Assembly (NCBI GenBank): GCA_024636935.1
Contig: JAGXGC010000004.1
Span: 17,287 to 81,286, forward strand
Reading direction: 5' to 3'
Source of the DNA: Sideroxydans sp.
GTDB lineage: Bacteria; Pseudomonadota; Gammaproteobacteria; Burkholderiales; Gallionellaceae
DNA length: 64,000 bases
Under the pieces are notes generated by a model. It did not search any database and was not told the origin of the DNA. It saw nothing but the letters and a program-made list of their open reading frames with translations. This document shows positions 60,937 through 64,000 of this stretch, in pieces. Positions within the stretch are counted from its first letter, which is position 1, and each line of letters begins with the position of its first letter. The position numbers and the translations under genes were made by a program.

Positions 60937-62433
60937 TTATTTCTGTTTCTTATACTTCAGCACGATGTTGACTCTGCGATTCTCCTGCTGGCCTTCCAGA
61001 GAAGTGCCGTAAGAGACGCGGCGGCTCTGACCATAGGCTGAGGTGGAGAGACGCGAGCGCTCAATGCCTCCTGCTTCCGCCAGATAGTTCACCACGGCCG
61101 TCGCACGTGCCTGCGAGATCACCATTGACTGTTCAGGTGTTAGATGAGACTTATCTCGTCCCAGCCCGACCATTTTTCCAGCATGTCCTTCAACGGTGGC
61201 CGTGACCGTTGGATTCGCCTTCAGGAAATTCGCCACTTCACGCAAGCTGTCGTAATACTTCGGTTGCACAGTATGTTTGTTGGGGTCGAATTCCAACTCC
61301 AGCGCCATCGTGCCTCTGGCTGGCATCACCTTGAGATCCGCCACATCGCTTACACAGGCGATGACAGCACCGATACGGCGATTTGCCTGCTGACCTTCGA
61401 TAGTACGGTTGTCTGCGATCGGGAGCGTTTCCCCGTAGCCCACTGCAGACAAACGGGAAGCGTCTATCTTCAACTCATTGACCAGATAGTTCACCACGGA
61501 CTCGGCTCGATTTTGCGATAGCTTCTGGTTGAACTCAGCCTTGCCGACATTATCCGTATGACCTTCGATGACAGCAGTGGTTTTTGGATACTTGCGCATG
61601 AATGTCCCCACGACCGCAAGCTTTTCCAGATCGTCACGCTGGATGGCGTCCTGCTTGATCTCAAATTGCAGATCGAGGATGCTGCAGTATTCGGCCATCT
61701 TGACCTTGACGGGAACGATGATGAACACAGGGGCTGGCGCAGCTTCAGCTACGCGTTCCGGTGGAGGACTCTTTTTACCGAACTGATAGACCAATCCAAG
61801 AGACAGCATATTGATGTCGCCCATATTGCCGACAGCATCATCTATACGGTAACGCTCTCCTTCAAGGCGAGCCGCCCATTCCGGCGTAAAGTCATATTGC
61901 AGTCCAACACCCACCTTATATTTTGCCGCGCTTTTGCTTGGGCTGGGATTCGTTGGAGTTGGGACCGCACCGGTAGTCCTGAAGTTGTCCTTGGCTTGCG
62001 CATACTGCAGGCCCAGCCGTGCAAAGACAGAGTATTTATCAGCGATGGGATACATTCCCACTGCATCGAGATTCACACCTCTGAGTTTGATGTTTCCGGT
62101 CAGAGTGCCCGCTGGTGAGGTCGTCGCTGTGTAGCCGAACTCACCCAGATCATAATAGCCGCCTTCCAGTGCGAAATATTTGTTGAACTTGTAACCACCA
62201 AACAGTTTGAATGCTGTCTTTCGGTCACGGTCAGCTATTGATGTCGTACTAAGACCAGATCTGAGCAACTGTGCGCGGATGTCGGCATCGTCTATTTTAG
62301 AATTCGACTGCCCTGCATTGATGCCGATGAGCCATCCTTCTTCTACCGCCATCGCGGACATGCTGCTCATCACTGCCCATCCTGCAAATCCGATGGCACC
62401 CAATGCCTTTGCTACTCGTTTTGTATTTTTCAT
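60937..62433 (-). CDS. OmpA-family outer membrane protein with a beta-barrel and two OmpA_C domains
   Basis: Signal peptide, barrel strands (GGYKFNKYFALEGGY, GVGLQYDF), then two OmpA_C repeats (EGHTD...LSQNRA and EGHAG...ISQARA). Confidence 0.9.
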   Translation of the reverse strand: MKNTKRVAKALGAIGFAGWAVMSSMSAMAVEEGWLIGINAGQSNSKIDDADIRAQLLRSGLSTTSIADRDRKTAFKLFGGYKFNKYFALEGGYYDLGEFGYTATTSPAGTLTGNIKLRGVNLDAVGMYPIADKYSVFARLGLQYAQAKDNFRTTGAVPTPTNPSPSKSAAKYKVGVGLQYDFTPEWAARLEGERYRIDDAVGNMGDINMLSLGLVYQFGKKSPPPERVAEAAPAPVFIIVPVKVKMAEYCSILDLQFEIKQDAIQRDDLEKLAVVGTFMRKYPKTTAVIEGHTDNVGKAEFNQKLSQNRAESVVNYLVNELKIDASRLSAVGYGETLPIADNRTIEGQQANRRIGAVIACVSDVADLKVMPARGTMALELEFDPNKHTVQPKYYDSLREVANFLKANPTVTATVEGHAGKMVGLGRDKSHLTPEQSMVISQARATAVVNYLAEAGGIERSRLSTSAYGQSRRVSYGTSLEGQQENRRVNIVLKYKKQK

Positions 62434-62537
62434 ACTGTTCCCCACAAAAATTTGTTGCTGTTCATCGAATATTGCTACTTCAAATCAGCTTGGGGCGCCT
62501 CCCTGCTCAGGAGGGCTCCCATCAATACATTTAGTTC

Positions 62538-63842
62538 TTAAGGTACGGTGATAGTGGTGACTGAAGGAGAGGCCGCGCCCGTCAATACGATCGCACCGGC
62601 TCCACCTGCACTTGCACCACCCAATACTCGACCATTCACCGTTGAGCCATCCAGAACCGTCGCATCGCGACCGGCCAAGATGTTTCCTTCCCAACTTGTT
62701 CCATGTCCGATGGTGATATCGCGCCCGACCACGAACCAGATGTTTCTGGCTTGAGCTTGATTGGCCAGCACCACTCGTGTCGGAAGGAGCAACGTGCCCG
62801 AGTCGGTAAAGTCACCTGCACCACCTACCGTGCCCACCTTGATCATAAAGATCGCATTGGCATCGTTCTGTGCATCAAAGGTGACCACGCCATTGGCTGC
62901 CAATCCGAGATTGGCCTCGTTATAGACACCTGGCAGCAGCGTCTTTCCAGACAGTTGCCCGCTCAGGAAGCCAGTGGCAAAAGTATCAACTTTGTTAAAG
63001 CCTTCCGTCCATGCCGCAGTCAATGCGCTCTTCACGGCAGCGGCCGTTGCGCCCGCATCAGAATCGGTAGGGAAACGAATCGATCCATTCACCGTCAATC
63101 CCAAGGCACTTGCCGGTTTGGATTCAACCAGACAGTTAGCCGGCGTACCGGTGGCATCGGAACAAGTCCCCGTTGGCGACAAAGCGACATTACCGTTGAC
63201 CACGGTGACACCGGTTGAAGTCATTCCGGCACCTGCTGCGATTCCATAGGTCTCTGCAGCACCAAGGTTGAGGGCGAGCGCTACTGCGGCTGCTGCAGTC
63301 TTGAAATTCCATGCGTAACTACAAGAGAGCGGAACACTACCTGTAGCGATCGAGCTGGTCGCTGCAGTCGTGATGATCGCTACATAAGTAGTATTGGCCA
63401 CCAACGGTGCGGAGGTTGTAAAGGTCGCCGTCTTGTTGGTGCCGTTCATTGCAACCGTTCCCGCAACGATAGTCCCTGTTCCGACCGTCATGTTTTTGAG
63501 GGTGAACGTACTCAATGCACCTGCTGTGGCGGAGATGATCGTCGCCGGATCCATGGCCAGATCGAAGGTGGCCGTGATGGCCTTAAAGCCCGTACCGACC
63601 GAAACGTTCTGACTTGCATTGCTCGGACTTGATGAAGTCACCGTAGGAATGGTCGCGCTGCTTGCAACGGTACAGACCCCGCCGGGGATGATGGCACCTG
63701 CTGGGGCACCCAAGATGACCCCGTCGCCGCCTCCACCTAGGATGGAAGACAGCCCGCCATTGCCACAACCTGCTGCAGAGACTGTCAGCAGTATCGCTGT
63801 GAGCCACATCAGCAATTTGGTACTGATATTGAACTTGTTCAT
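62538..63842 (-). CDS. Lipoprotein with an Ig-like domain and a DUF3494 ice-binding-like domain
   Basis: Lipobox AAGC; Ig-like segment (ITATFDLAMDPATI...YAWNFKT); LGAAETYGIAAG, LLPGVY, FDAQNDANAIFMIKV, ARNIWFVVG and WEGNILA. Confidence 0.85.
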   Translation of the reverse strand: MNKFNISTKLLMWLTAILLTVSAAGCGNGGLSSILGGGGDGVILGAPAGAIIPGGVCTVASSATIPTVTSSSPSNASQNVSVGTGFKAITATFDLAMDPATIISATAGALSTFTLKNMTVGTGTIVAGTVAMNGTNKTATFTTSAPLVANTTYVAIITTAATSSIATGSVPLSCSYAWNFKTAAAAVALALNLGAAETYGIAAGAGMTSTGVTVVNGNVALSPTGTCSDATGTPANCLVESKPASALGLTVNGSIRFPTDSDAGATAAAVKSALTAAWTEGFNKVDTFATGFLSGQLSGKTLLPGVYNEANLGLAANGVVTFDAQNDANAIFMIKVGTVGGAGDFTDSGTLLLPTRVVLANQAQARNIWFVVGRDITIGHGTSWEGNILAGRDATVLDGSTVNGRVLGGASAGGAGAIVLTGAASPSVTTITVP

Positions 63843-63969
63843 TTGCTTCTCCTTTTATCGATTCCATATCAAACTGAGCCTGACTTGCCCGTGCTCGATT
63901 GCCGATCAATCTGAACCCGGTAAATTCCTGATATTGATAGTCGTTATCCTCCATCTCGCCATTTCGCTC

Positions 63970-63985
63970 TGTTCACTAGCGCACA
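63970..63985. promoter_or_regulatory. CRP-like palindrome TGTTC-N6-GCACA upstream of the DUF3494/OmpA genes
   Basis: Seen ~130 bp upstream of 63842. Confidence 0.55.
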
Positions 63986-64000
63986 CATAAAAAAATAAAT

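Overview
A 64 kb accessory, stress and signalling region from a moderately GC-rich bacterium. The gene content looks betaproteobacterial, possibly Gallionellaceae-like, but that is an inference. Most genes are on the minus strand. In order along the window: (1) the front of an N-type ATPase operon (atpD-C-Q-R-B-E-F, running off the left edge), preceded by a TIGR00341 membrane protein, a small protein and an unusual HU + HU-TM-LysM gene pair; (2) an ~18 kb, largely translationally coupled signalling operon encoding a 10-PAS protein with no recognisable output domain, KaiC, KaiB, three paralogous hybrid kinases with Hpt domains, a REC-EAL protein and a double-REC protein; (3) a sensor diguanylate cyclase flanked by clusters of short hairpin elements, tsdBA-like cytochromes and a deleted MASE1/GGDEF pseudogene; (4) a metabolic and stress block with tal, xfp, a YihY-family gene, a CopB-type ATPase, catalase, ackA and cyclic beta-1,2-glucan synthase; (5) an integrase-less integron cassette cluster with two cassettes and three attC-like sites; (6) a plus-strand Crp, CheB/CheR fusion, hybrid kinase, REC-GGDEF, REC-PAS operon; (7) envelope genes for AI-2E, LapA, BON, a double-OmpA protein and a DUF3494 ice-binding-like lipoprotein. 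Structure beyond the gene list: a CRP-like palindrome TGTGC-N6-GCACA recurs upstream of many operons including the crp gene itself, a REP doublet is translated in frame inside one kinase, and the kinases are sequence mosaics of one another. All calls come from reading the sequence and the ORF track; no searches were run.
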